Shown: positions 8,328 through 18,937 of the stretch, one piece after another
Layout of the letters: each line of letters starts with the position of its first letter
Position numbering within the stretch: position 1 is the first letter of the stretch
Assembly: GCA_041652735.1 (NCBI GenBank)
Contig: JBAZGT010000005.1
Coordinates: 457-64,456, forward strand
Source of the DNA: Dehalococcoidales bacterium
GTDB taxonomy: Bacteria > Chloroflexota > Dehalococcoidia > Dehalococcoidales > RBG-16-60-22
Length of the DNA stretch: 64,000 bases
Direction: 5' to 3'
Program-made: the position numbers and the translations under genes
Notes under the pieces: generated by a model
Told to the model about the DNA's origin: nothing
Database searches by the model: none
What the model saw: the letters and a program-made list of their open reading frames with translations, nothing else

Positions 8328-9386
8328 ATGACGGACATGCCGGAAATCGGCAAAATATCCCCGGCCATTTTCAGCGAGCTTATTTTCCCGCGGCTGGGGG
8401 CGAAGAGCGAACATATCCTGGTGGGGCCGCAGCACGGCGTGGACGTGGGCATCGTGGAAATCGGGGGGAAGGCGGTGTCTTTCACCACCGACCCCGTTTT
8501 TATCGTGCCGGAGTACGGCTGGGAAAGGGCGGCCTGGTTCGCCATCCATATTATAGCGTCGGACTCCGCTACCAGCGGGCTCAAGCCGAAGCTATTGAGC
8601 ATCGACCTTAACCTGCCGATGGACATGACCAAACAGCAGCTGGAGACCACCTGGGAGGTAATCCACCGGGAGTGCGAGAAAATGGGCATCGCGGTGGTGA
8701 CCGGGCACACCGCCCGCTACGAGAACTGCCATTACCCCATGGTGGGCGGGGCCACGCTGGTGGGCGTGGGGGAGATGGACGAATACGTCACGCCTAAATT
8801 CTGCCGGGCCGGGGATAAAATCATTATCACCAAGGGGCCGGCCATCGAAGCTACCGGCATCTTCGCCGCCATGTACCCCAAGGCTATAGAAAAGGAATAC
8901 GGCGCCGCGCTGGCCAAAAAAGCGGAGAGCATTTTTTATAAGATGTCCGTGGTGGAGGACGCTTTGACGGCGGTGAGCGTGGGCGTGCGGGACAAAGGCG
9001 TCACCGCCATGCACGACGCCACCGAATGCGGGGTGTGGGGCGGCCTTTACGAGGTGGCGCAGGCCTCCGGCCTGGGGGCGAGGGTGGAAAAAGAAAAAAT
9101 AGTGGTGGAAGAAGGCGTCACCGAGGTGTGTGAGATGTTCGGCATCGACCCTTACGCCTCCATCAGCGAGGGGTCGCTCATTATCGCCTGCAAGGCGCCC
9201 AAAGCGGACGAAATCGTCAAGGCGCTGGAAAGAAAGAGCATCAAGGCGTCCGTGGTAGGGGAGCTGACCGCGCCGGAAAAGGGCATGGTGCTGGTGGAAA
9301 AGGGCCGGGAAAAGAAGCTGGAACACCCCATCGTGGACCCGTTCTGGCGGGCGTTTTACGGGGCGGGGGAGAAGTACAAGGGGTAG
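8328..9386 (+). CDS. AIR synthase-related protein (PurM/ThiL/HypE/SelD superfamily)
   Basis: 352 aa. N-domain pattern VGPQHGVDVGIVEIGGK..FTTDP and C-domain AMHDATECG..GGL are typical of the PurM-like ATP-utilising fold. Confidence 0.75.
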   Translation: MTDMPEIGKISPAIFSELIFPRLGAKSEHILVGPQHGVDVGIVEIGGKAVSFTTDPVFIVPEYGWERAAWFAIHIIASDSATSGLKPKLLSIDLNLPMDMTKQQLETTWEVIHRECEKMGIAVVTGHTARYENCHYPMVGGATLVGVGEMDEYVTPKFCRAGDKIIITKGPAIEATGIFAAMYPKAIEKEYGAALAKKAESIFYKMSVVEDALTAVSVGVRDKGVTAMHDATECGVWGGLYEVAQASGLGARVEKEKIVVEEGVTEVCEMFGIDPYASISEGSLIIACKAPKADEIVKALERKSIKASVVGELTAPEKGMVLVEKGREKKLEHPIVDPFWRAFYGAGEKYKG

Positions 9387-9425
9387 TTTACAATAGACAG
9401 TTTACAGTTGACAGTGGACAGTTGG
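9386..9425. repeat. Word-repeat array (ACAGTT / GACAGT words)
   Basis: Reads gtttacaatagacagtttacagttgacagtggacagttgg, directly after the stop codon. Confidence 0.7.
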
Positions 9426-9456
9426 GGGAAGGGAGAAAGACCTTTCCCCCTTTTTT
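9424..9456 (+). terminator. Candidate intrinsic terminator (GGGGAAGG-loop-CCTTTCCCC plus TTTTTT)
   Basis: Imperfect hairpin followed by a T6 run, downstream of the PurM-like gene. Confidence 0.45.
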
Positions 9457-9470
9457 AGTAACGACATAGG

Positions 9471-9496
9471 TGTCATTCCAGCGAAGGCTGGAATCC
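9471..9496. repeat. Family-A hairpin element (TGTCATTCCAGCG-AAG-GCTGGAATCC)
   Basis: Inverted repeat. Related half-elements occur at about 9575-9591 and 9655-9675. Confidence 0.7.
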
Positions 9497-9701
9497 AATA
9501 CCGGAATTAGGAATAATTCAGTATTCTCTGATGGACTCCGGCCCCCGATTGCCATACGGGGCACGGCTGCGCCAGAATGACAAATCAGAGTGATTGTTGC
9601 GCTTCGTTTAAAATAACAGGCGCGCCGATGATAGAAAAAATCGGGGCGGATTATTCACTGCGTTCAGAATGACAGTTGGCGGGGGGAAAAGGGGCGGCGG
9701 C

Positions 9702-10700
9702 TTAAAGCAGTTCCTTGAAGGGGCGGAGCTGGGAAAAGTCTATTACACCGCTTTCCGCGATGTTTTCAATTAACACGCCGGCCTCCACGGCGGCGGCCAC
9801 CGGGTTAAGGCCGCCTATCTGTATCACGCCGATGCGGTTGGGGGCCACGGCTATCTGGCAGAGGGGCTCGCTGGTATTGCCCAGGGCGTAAATGCCCCGC
9901 AGCCCCGCCTTTTTCATCTGCTCTTCTTTTTCCAAAACCAAGTCCCGGGCGGGGGCGGGGATGGTGCGGAAAGCGCCCAGTATTTTACCGCTGCCGGTGC
10001 GCGCCGCCTGTACCACGCTGGTCATTTTGGCCTGGATAAACTGCTCCGATGGGTCCATGGAGGTGCCGGCGTATTCCGTCAGCGCCACAAAGCGCCGGGG
10101 TTTCTCCGCCTTGATTTCCAGCACCCCGCCGAACCTGAACTCGGAGGGGACGCCGGCTTTAAGAAGCACGCCGTTGATGGACGCGCTGCACACGGTGGCC
10201 AACCCCACCTTGCCTTCCGGCACCACCACCGCGCCCAGCTTCTCCCCCTCTTCCGCCGTGGCCACCAGCTCGCTGGCGCAGATGCCGGCCTTGAAAACGT
10301 CCTTCATGGCCGCCAGAGCGTGCTTGAACTTGTCTTTGGCGATGATGGAGGTGTTGATAGCCAGCTGGCCGGTGCGGCTAACGGGGTCGAAGGTGGTGAG
10401 GAAAGCCATCAGCTCCAGCTTATCGCGCACCAGCCCCAATTGCTGCGGAATGAGGGCGTCCTTGACCTCCTGGCGGCCCAACGGCGTAAGGGTACGGCCG
10501 TCCCGCCCGCCGGGCTCGGTGAAGCCGCGCTCATCGGCGATTTTCAAATGATACCTGACACCGCGCTCGCTGAGGAAAACGCCTTCCTTGGCCAGGCGGC
10601 GGGCGATAGTTATCGAACCCAGCGGGTCGGAGGACTCGCTTAAAACTTTGAGGATGGCGATTAGTTTGTTTTCCGCGTCTGCGCCTACAGGCTGGTCCAT
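9702..10700 (-). CDS. nrpR: NrpR-like nitrogen regulatory repressor (wHTH plus NrpR/DUF128-type regulatory domain)
   Basis: 332 aa. The N-terminal wHTH with ERGVRYHLKIADERGFTE..GRDGRTLTPLGRQEV matches my memory of archaeal NrpR. It sits next to the amt-glnK-glnA-nadE block. Confidence 0.7.
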   Translation of the reverse strand: MDQPVGADAENKLIAILKVLSESSDPLGSITIARRLAKEGVFLSERGVRYHLKIADERGFTEPGGRDGRTLTPLGRQEVKDALIPQQLGLVRDKLELMAFLTTFDPVSRTGQLAINTSIIAKDKFKHALAAMKDVFKAGICASELVATAEEGEKLGAVVVPEGKVGLATVCSASINGVLLKAGVPSEFRFGGVLEIKAEKPRRFVALTEYAGTSMDPSEQFIQAKMTSVVQAARTGSGKILGAFRTIPAPARDLVLEKEEQMKKAGLRGIYALGNTSEPLCQIAVAPNRIGVIQIGGLNPVAAAVEAGVLIENIAESGVIDFSQLRPFKELL

Positions 10701-10738
10701 AGCTGCTCCAGGTTACTTTTTGGTTATTATACCACTTA

Positions 10739-10772
10739 TCAGTAAACAGTTGACAGTAAACAGTAAAAAGTT
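10739..10772. repeat. Word-repeat array (AAACAGT words)
   Basis: Reads cagtaaacagttgacagtaaacagtaaaaagtt, next to GGAGAAAGGGGGAAAG. Confidence 0.7.
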
Positions 10773-10827
10773 TGGAGAAAGGGGGAAAGACCAGCTTTAA
10801 GCCAGGATTCATGGTTTGCACGGTTAT

Positions 10828-10864
10828 CCTCTCCCTTTGAAAAAGGGAGAGTTAGAGAGGGATT
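10828..10864. repeat. Family-B hairpin element (CCTCTCCCTTTGAAAAAGGGAGAGTTAGAGAGGGATT)
   Basis: Near-identical, in inverted orientation, to 5545..5583. Confidence 0.7.
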
Positions 10865-11058
10865 ATCCCAATCTCACCGCTTTTTCCCCCGCCGGATTCC
10901 CGCCTGTGCGTTCTGCAGGCTCTCCTTCGACAAGTCCCGATTCCCTATGGTCATGCGGGACACCGGATGAGGTACGAATCGGTGCGGGATGGCGACAAAG
11001 TCGCTCACTCAGGATGAGCGGTTCAGAAGGAAAGGGTGAGAGGGAATGACGGATTGGC

Positions 11059-12816
11059 TTAGTCTTTCCTGAAGCGGTTGGTGATGGGGAGGCGGCGGTC
11101 CCGGCCGAAAGCGCGGGGGGTGATTTTCACGCCGGGCGGGGCCTGGCGGCGCTTGTATTCGCTGGTGTCAACCAGGCGGGCGGTAAGGCGGACGGCTTTT
11201 TCCGCGGCGCCGTCGGTCACAATCTGCTCGATGCTCTTGTCTTCCTCCACGTAAGCGGTCAGGATGGGGTCGAGGACGTCATAGGGCGGCAGGGAGTCCG
11301 TATCTTTCTGCTCCGGCCGCAGCTCGGCTGAGGGGGGTTTATTGATAACCGTATCCGGGATAATATCAAAACCAGCCTGCTTGTTGCGGTGCGTGACGAG
11401 CTGGTAGACCATCGTCTTGGGCACGTCCTTGATTACGGCGAATCCCCCCGCCATGTCCCCGTAAAGCGTGGAGTAGCCGGTGGCCATTTCACTCTTGTTG
11501 CCGGTGGTCAGCACCAGCCAGCCGAACTTGTTGGAAAGCCCCATCAGAAGGTCGCCGCGGATGCGCGCCTGCAAATTCTCTTCCGCGATGCCGGGCTCCG
11601 TCCCCTTGAACGGCTCGGCCAGGGTGCCCAGGAAAGCCTTGAACACATCCTCGATGGGGATGGTGAGCAGCTTGATGCCCAGGTTTTTAGCCAGCAGGGC
11701 GGCGTCTGAAAGAGAGCCGGCGGAGGAAAAGCGGGAGGGCATGGCCACGCCGATGACGTTGGACTTGTCCAGGGCGTCCGCGGCGATGGCGGCCACCAGG
11801 CTGGAGTCCACGCCGCCGGAAAGGCCGATGCACACCTTCTTGAAGCCGTTTTTGTGGATGTAATCATGCGTGCCGAGCACCAGCGCCTCGTATATCTCCG
11901 CGGGAAGGTCGGTAGTCTCCACGGTGCGGGGGGATAAGGGGGGCTTTACCGCGCTCAGGGGCGCGGCGCAGACCTGGATAATTTCATCCGGCTGCCAGCC
12001 CTGCTCCTGGCGGTGCAGATAGCCCTGCCGCCAGCGGGGGTCGTGGAGGCGGGTGCGGAACACGTTTTCGATATCGAGGTCGGCCAGGATAAGGTCCTCT
12101 TTAAACTGTTTGCCGCGGGCGATCAAGTGGCCCTTTTCGTCCAGGATGAGGCTGTTGCCGTCGAAGACCAGCTCGTCCTGGCCGCCGACCAGGTTATTGA
12201 AAGCGAAAATAGCCACGTTGTCCGCGGCGCGGGTGGCAATCATGCGTTCCCGGAAGCCGCTTTTGCCGAAGTGGTAAGGCGAGGCGCTGATATTGAGAAT
12301 CACCTCGGCGCCGGAGTAGGCCTGCGCGGTGGCCGGGCCGGACTCGTACCAGATGTCCTCGCAGATATTGATGCCGATGTTGATGCCGGCGATATTATAG
12401 ACCGGGGTCTCGTTGCCGGCGCGGAAGTAGCGGTTTTCATCGAAGACGCCGTAGTTGGGCAGGAACATCTTGTGGTAGGTGCCGATATGCTTGCCGTCAT
12501 GGATGATGGCGGCGGCGTTATAGATATCCTGGTTGGCATCCACGAAGCCGACCACCAGGGTGATGCCGCCGGAGGCTTCGATAACCTTTTCCAGGGCGCG
12601 GAGGTTTTCCGCGATGAACTGGGGCTTGAAGAGGAGGTCTTCGGGCGGGTAGCCACAGACGGCGAGTTCCGGGAAGGTCAGGACATCCACGCCCGAAGAT
12701 TTAGCTTCCTCTATTGTCTTGATGATTTTCCGCTGGTTGCCGGCAAAATCCCCCACCGTGGCGTTTATCTGCGCCATGCCGAGGCGAAGGCGTCTTGTGC
12801 CGGGCCAGCTGGTCAT
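11059..12816 (-). CDS. nadE: Glutamine-dependent NAD+ synthetase (nitrilase-like domain plus NAD synthase domain)
   Basis: 585 aa. CN-hydrolase region (FPELAVCGYPPEDL, ICEDIW) followed by the SGGVDSS ATP-PPase motif. GGAGG RBS present. Confidence 0.85.
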   Translation of the reverse strand: MTSWPGTRRLRLGMAQINATVGDFAGNQRKIIKTIEEAKSSGVDVLTFPELAVCGYPPEDLLFKPQFIAENLRALEKVIEASGGITLVVGFVDANQDIYNAAAIIHDGKHIGTYHKMFLPNYGVFDENRYFRAGNETPVYNIAGINIGINICEDIWYESGPATAQAYSGAEVILNISASPYHFGKSGFRERMIATRAADNVAIFAFNNLVGGQDELVFDGNSLILDEKGHLIARGKQFKEDLILADLDIENVFRTRLHDPRWRQGYLHRQEQGWQPDEIIQVCAAPLSAVKPPLSPRTVETTDLPAEIYEALVLGTHDYIHKNGFKKVCIGLSGGVDSSLVAAIAADALDKSNVIGVAMPSRFSSAGSLSDAALLAKNLGIKLLTIPIEDVFKAFLGTLAEPFKGTEPGIAEENLQARIRGDLLMGLSNKFGWLVLTTGNKSEMATGYSTLYGDMAGGFAVIKDVPKTMVYQLVTHRNKQAGFDIIPDTVINKPPSAELRPEQKDTDSLPPYDVLDPILTAYVEEDKSIEQIVTDGAAEKAVRLTARLVDTSEYKRRQAPPGVKITPRAFGRDRRLPITNRFRKD

Positions 12817-12834
12817 CTGTATTATAGCCTCCAG

Positions 12835-14178
12835 TTACATTATGGGCATGTATTTCTTAAGCTCGTATTCGGTAACCTGGGTGCGGTATTCGTCCCACTC
12901 TTTCTTCTTGTTCTCGATGAAAGATTTGAAGACGTGCTCGCCCAGGGCTTCGCGCACCAGCGTGCTGTTTTCCGTAAGCTGGATGGCTTCCGCCAGGCTG
13001 CCGGGCAGCATGCCGATGTTGCGTTCTTTGCGCTCTTCCGCGCTCATCTCGTACACGTTTTCCTCGATAGGCGCCGGCGGGGTCATGTTGTTCTTGATGC
13101 CGTCCAGGCCGGCGGCCAGCATCACGCTGAAGCACAGATAGGGGTTGCAGGCCGGGTCCGGCGACCTGAACTCGATGCGGGTGGCTTTTTCACGGCCGGG
13201 GCGGTATTCCGGCACGCGCACCAGGTCCGACCGGTTGCGGCGCGCCCAGGATAGATAGACGGGGGCTTCATAGCCCGGCACCAGCCGCTTGTAGGAGTTG
13301 ACCCACTGGTTGCAGAGGGCGGTGATTTCCGGGCCGTACTTGAGCAGCCCGGCGATGTAGCTCCGCGCTTCTTTGGAAAGGTGATAGGAGTCCTTGGTAT
13401 CGAAGAATGAATTGCGTTCGCCCCTGAACAGGGACTGGTGGACGTGCATGCCGCTGCCGTTGATGCCGAATACCGGCTTGGGCATGAAGGTGGCGTAAAC
13501 GCCGTTTTTCAGGGCTACCTCTTTGACCACCAGGCGGTAGGTCATGACGCTGTCCGCCATGGTGAGAGCGTCCGTGTAGCGCATATCTATTTCGTGCTGG
13601 CTATCGGCTACCTCATGGTGGGAGTACTCCACGCCGATGCCCATTTTTTCCAGCTGGATAACGGTATCCCGCCGCAGCTCGATGGCGGCGTCATGGGTGG
13701 TAAGGTCGAAATAGCCGCCCTGGTCGAGAAACTCGGTGCCGTTGCCGTTCTTGAAATAAAAGTATTCCAGCTCCGGCCCTACATAGAAGGTGTAGCCCAG
13801 GTCGGCGGCTTTCTTCAGGTTCTTCTTCAGCACGAAGCGGGGGTCGCCTTCAAAGGGCTCGCCGCCCGGCTTCAAAACATCGCAGAACATGCGGGCGGTG
13901 GCGCGGTGCTCCGGCGGGTTCCAGGGCAGCAGCTGCCAGGTATCGGCGTCGGGCATGGCGACCATGTCGCTCTCGTCGATGCGGGCGAATCCTTCAATGG
14001 AAGAGCCGTCGAAACCCATGCCTTCTTCCATCGCGCCTTCCAGCTCTTCTACGGTGATGGCGAAGCTCTTGAGAATGCCGAGAATATCCGTAAACCACAG
14101 CCAGATAAACTTGACATCGTGTTCCTTGGCCATCTTCAGGATGTATGCCGTAGCCTCTTCTTTACTTCTTTTTGCCAT
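12835..14178 (-). CDS. glnA: Glutamine synthetase, type I
   Basis: 447 aa. Contains FDGSSIEGF, the GSGMHVHQSL region and NPYL. Confidence 0.9.
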   Translation of the reverse strand: MAKRSKEEATAYILKMAKEHDVKFIWLWFTDILGILKSFAITVEELEGAMEEGMGFDGSSIEGFARIDESDMVAMPDADTWQLLPWNPPEHRATARMFCDVLKPGGEPFEGDPRFVLKKNLKKAADLGYTFYVGPELEYFYFKNGNGTEFLDQGGYFDLTTHDAAIELRRDTVIQLEKMGIGVEYSHHEVADSQHEIDMRYTDALTMADSVMTYRLVVKEVALKNGVYATFMPKPVFGINGSGMHVHQSLFRGERNSFFDTKDSYHLSKEARSYIAGLLKYGPEITALCNQWVNSYKRLVPGYEAPVYLSWARRNRSDLVRVPEYRPGREKATRIEFRSPDPACNPYLCFSVMLAAGLDGIKNNMTPPAPIEENVYEMSAEERKERNIGMLPGSLAEAIQLTENSTLVREALGEHVFKSFIENKKKEWDEYRTQVTEYELKKYMPIM

Positions 14179-14275
14179 TAATGCCTCCTCTTATACTGTT
14201 ATTTTAGACTTTATTTGCTGTTTTGTCACCAGCGGTGACGTGGTTTCTATTATTTACCGGGCGGCAGATGGATGA

Positions 14276-15846
<1,571 letters not shown>

Positions 15847-15896
15847 TATTTCTTTACCTCCCGACTATCTTGATGCTAACAGTTTAGCCGGGAAAT

Positions 15897-15934
15897 GTTA
15901 CCTCCGAATTACAAGTATGTTACATTCAGGTTAC
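15897..15934 (-). promoter_or_regulatory. Four direct GTAAC/GTAAT pentamers at exact 11-bp spacing in the amt leader (candidate operator array)
   Basis: The minus strand reads GTAACCTGAAT GTAACATACTT GTAATTCGGAG GTAACATTTCC. Plus-strand pentamer starts are 15897, 15908, 15919 and 15930. Confidence 0.35.
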
Positions 15935-15987
15935 GGCAAGGTCATTTGAGATGATTTTACCATTCTCGTATATATTAACGGCGCTAT

Positions 15988-16003
15988 GTTACGAACATAT
16001 TAC
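15988..16003 (-). promoter_or_regulatory. Second pair of GTAAT/GTAAC pentamers at 11-bp spacing, upstream of a TAAAAT box (15954-15959)
   Basis: The minus strand reads GTAATATGTTC GTAACAT. It lies where a -35 region would sit relative to TAAAAT. Confidence 0.3.
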
Positions 16004-16132
16004 ATAAGGGGAAAAAGGGTGAGTTATTAGTCTTTAGTTACCGGCTATCAGTGGGAAAAGGGATTATGGCCGGCTGTTGAAAAATACCCCCTAAAGCGCT
16101 TTCGCCGCTTTCTCAATGCGTCGCATAAAAGT

Positions 16133-16195
16133 TGTCATTCCAGCACATTCACTTCGTTCAGTGTAAACTCCGGCTGGAATCCAGGGGTGGCGTGG
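16133..16195. repeat. Family-A hairpin element (long-loop variant), flanked by duplicated copies of a gene 3' end
   Basis: Reads tgtcattccagc...ggctggaatccagg. See the finding on the duplicated patB-like terminus. Confidence 0.65.
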
Positions 16196-16214
16196 AGTGG
16201 TTGAAACTACCCCC

Positions 16215-17411
16215 CTATAACGCATTGGCGGCTTTCTCAATACGGCCCAGCGCCTCGGTTAAAATGGCGCGCGGGCAGGCGATATTCATGCGCTGGAAGC
16301 CCGAACCCCCCGCCCCGAACATGACGCCGTCGTCCAGTCCCACTCTGGCCTGCTCTTTCATGAACCTGTCCAGGGAAGCGTCGTCCAGCCCCAGGGCGCG
16401 GCAGTCCAGCCAGAGCAGGTAGGTGCCCTGCGGCTTTACGGGGACGATTTTGGGGATTTTATCCTTGAAGTAGGCCAGGGTGAAATCCAGGTTGGCCTGG
16501 AGGTAGTCCAATAGCTGCGCCAGCCACTCGTCCCCGTGGCGGTAGGCGGCTTCCATGGCCGTCAGGCCGAAGAGGTTGGGGCTGTGCGCCATGCCGGAAG
16601 CGGCCTCGCTGAAGGCGGTGCGCAGCTTTTTATTGGGGATGATGATGGAAGACGCGCCCAGGCCGGCCAGGTTGAAGGTCTTGCTGGGCGCCATGCAGAC
16701 GATGCTGTTCTGCGCGAACTCTTTGGACAGGGAGGCGAATGGCGTATGCGTGTAGCCCTTGAACAGCAGCTCGCAGTGAATCTCGTCGGAGATGACGGTG
16801 GCCCCGTGCCCGGTGACGATTTCCCCCAGCCTGATTAAGTCCTCTTTGCCCCACAGCCGCCCGATGGGGTTATGGGGATTACATAAAACCACCGCCCTGG
16901 CGCGACTGGCCGTGTGGCGCATGCCCTGGCCGCCGGCGAATTTTCGTTCCAGGTCGTCGAAGTCCATTTCATATTGCCCGTTGATAAACTTCAATTGGTT
17001 GGTGGCTATCTGGCAGCCGTTGCCTTTCACCGCCCCGAAAAAGGGATAGTAAACCGGCTCCTGGAGGACGATTTCATCGCCGGGGTGGGTGAGGGCTTTG
17101 ACGGCGGCGTGGATGGCGGGGATAACGCCGGGGGTCAGCACAATCCAGTCCGGGTCGATGCGCCAGTTGAACTTCCGCTGCACCCGGTCTACGATAGCTT
17201 CCATCAGGCGGGGGCCGGCCATGGTATAGCCGTAAAACTCGTGGGCGGCGCGCTTTTGCAGCGCCTCGACGATAGACCGGGCGGCGGGAAAGTCCATGTC
17301 CGCCACCCACATGGGAATCACGTCATCGCTGCCGAAGAGCGTTTTCACCGCGTCCCACTTGGCGCAGTCCGTGTTTTGCCGGGAATGAACCTTATCGAAA
17401 TCGTATTTCAT
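16215..17411 (-). CDS. PLP-dependent aminotransferase class I/II, MalY/PatB-type C-S lyase
   Basis: 398 aa. N-terminal MKYDFDKVHSRQNTDCAKWD and MWVADMDF are characteristic of PatB/MalY cystathionine beta-lyases. Confidence 0.8.
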   Translation of the reverse strand: MKYDFDKVHSRQNTDCAKWDAVKTLFGSDDVIPMWVADMDFPAARSIVEALQKRAAHEFYGYTMAGPRLMEAIVDRVQRKFNWRIDPDWIVLTPGVIPAIHAAVKALTHPGDEIVLQEPVYYPFFGAVKGNGCQIATNQLKFINGQYEMDFDDLERKFAGGQGMRHTASRARAVVLCNPHNPIGRLWGKEDLIRLGEIVTGHGATVISDEIHCELLFKGYTHTPFASLSKEFAQNSIVCMAPSKTFNLAGLGASSIIIPNKKLRTAFSEAASGMAHSPNLFGLTAMEAAYRHGDEWLAQLLDYLQANLDFTLAYFKDKIPKIVPVKPQGTYLLWLDCRALGLDDASLDRFMKEQARVGLDDGVMFGAGGSGFQRMNIACPRAILTEALGRIEKAANAL

Positions 17412-17448
17412 ATTAACCCTCGTTTCTTGCCGGCTTTAGTCCCGGCGG

Positions 17449-18063
17449 TCAGGAAGCGAACTCCAGGCTCCACCTTTTTTGCGCGTAGCGCCCGAGCCCG
17501 TAAGAGATAATTCCCAGGGCCAGCCCGGCGATGACATCCAGCACGTAATGCTGTTTGGTCAGCAGCGTGGAAGCTATAATCATTATAGCAATGATGAGGG
17601 CGATTCCCCAGTACCGCGGCTGCCACAGCCTGAAATAAAAAAAGGAGATGGTGGTATAGAAAGTGTGCCCGCTGGGGGCGGCGTTTTGGGGAAAGTCATG
17701 CCGGTACAGCAGCGCCACCGCCCGGGACAAAAAATCTCCGGACTCCACCTCCGGCCTTATCACGTACGTCGGCAAGGCCAGGTAAATAATGTAGCTGACG
17801 ATGGTGGCGGTCAAGAAAGAGATAAGATACGCCTCGTACCTGCCCCTGGGGGCATAGAGTGACGCCCATACCGGAAACGCGACGAACAGCACACTGCCCG
17901 CCAGGTAGGGTATAATAGCCGGCGGAAATAAAGGAATATGCTTATCGACAGGCAGCGCCAGCGCCCGCCCGCCGCTGACGAAGCGGTTGATGACGAAATA
18001 TACCGCCAATAACGCCAGGATAATTACCAGCCAGAATATGCGGCGACTTGATATTTGCATCAA
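17449..18063 (-). CDS. PAP2-superfamily membrane phosphatase/transferase
   Basis: 204 aa, multi-TM. PSGHT and HYVLDVIAG motifs. Confidence 0.65.
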   Translation of the reverse strand: MMQISSRRIFWLVIILALLAVYFVINRFVSGGRALALPVDKHIPLFPPAIIPYLAGSVLFVAFPVWASLYAPRGRYEAYLISFLTATIVSYIIYLALPTYVIRPEVESGDFLSRAVALLYRHDFPQNAAPSGHTFYTTISFFYFRLWQPRYWGIALIIAIMIIASTLLTKQHYVLDVIAGLALGIISYGLGRYAQKRWSLEFAS

Positions 18064-18147
18064 TTAATAATATTAACATATCGGCGGGGCGGCGACTAAA
18101 GTGTTGATTCCGTCTGTATTTGGTAGCTGTGCATACCTATCCCCCAA

Positions 18148-18303
18148 CCCCTTTCCAGCCGGGCACATTAATTGCTTTCCGGAATCTTTTCTGGCTGGAA
18201 AGGGGAGTAATAAGGAGAGGGGGCTTTGCCCCCTCTCGAAAACTCTCCCCCTTTCAAACAATTATGAGACGGCATGAAAAACTACCTGAGTTTGAAAGGG
18301 GGA
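18148..18303. repeat. Three consecutive strong hairpins (13-bp, 9-bp and 14-bp stems) of the family-B type
   Basis: The stems are CCCCTTTCCAGCC/GGCTGGAAAGGGG, GAGAGGGGG/CCCCCTCTC and TCCCCCTTTCAAAC/GTTTGAAAGGGGGA. Confidence 0.7.
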
Positions 18304-18351
18304 CAGGGGGTATGCACCTTAAATAACAACCAAAATTTAACCGGATGCCGT

Positions 18352-18380
18352 TTGACGATATATCGGCAAATAACTATAAT
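18352..18380 (+). promoter_or_regulatory. Candidate promoter TTGACG-17-TATAAT
   Basis: Near-consensus hexamers with a 17-nt spacer, about 45 nt upstream of the ATG at 18424. Confidence 0.55.
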
Positions 18381-18423
18381 CTAGGGAAAGACCGCCGTAA
18401 CCGGTAAAAAACAGGAGGGACAA

Positions 18424-18933
18424 ATGGATCTTAAAGAGTTTTTACGCATGCAGATTGAAGGGATGGGCATGGGGCTGAAAAGGGCCACCGACGGCCTGAC
18501 GCAGAAAGAAATCGAGTGGCAGCCGGCCTGCGGCTGTAACTCCATCGGCTTGATTCTTTTCCACATCGCCAAGTCAGAGGACTCCTTTATCCAGAAGACG
18601 CTGAAGGGCGGCGCGGAGCTTTACGAGAGCGGCCAGTGGTACACCAAGCTCGGGCTGGACTTAAAGGAAGCCGGCGCTCACTACACCGTGGACCAGGTCA
18701 ACGCTTTCAAGGTGCCCAAGCTGGCTAAAATCCTGGCTTACCAGGCCGCCGTCCGCAAGGCCACGCTGGCCTATGTCAGCAAGATGAAAGCAGCCGACCT
18801 GGATAAGGTGATGAAAATGCCCTGGGGCGAGATGCCCGCCGCCATGATTCTTTCCCTGGTCATCAGCCACGCGTCCCAGCACCTGGGGGAGGTCTCTTAC
18901 CTGCGCGGTTTACAGCGCGGCATGGACAAGTAA
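18424..18933 (+). CDS. DinB family protein
   Basis: 169 aa. Four-helix-bundle His pattern (LFHIAKSED...HASQHLGEVSY). AGGAGGG RBS present. Confidence 0.7.
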   Translation: MDLKEFLRMQIEGMGMGLKRATDGLTQKEIEWQPACGCNSIGLILFHIAKSEDSFIQKTLKGGAELYESGQWYTKLGLDLKEAGAHYTVDQVNAFKVPKLAKILAYQAAVRKATLAYVSKMKAADLDKVMKMPWGEMPAAMILSLVISHASQHLGEVSYLRGLQRGMDK

Positions 18934-18937
18934 GGGC

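Noticed and set aside
15847-16020. Canonical archaeal NrpR operator GGAA-N6-TTCC upstream of amt.
   Set aside because: Only an imperfect GGAA-N7-CTCC (15891-15905) is present, which does not match. The phased GTAAC repeats are reported instead, as a hypothesis.
16132-16422. 96-aa plus-strand ORF.
   Set aside because: It starts inside a family-A repeat and runs antisense into the PatB-type lyase gene.
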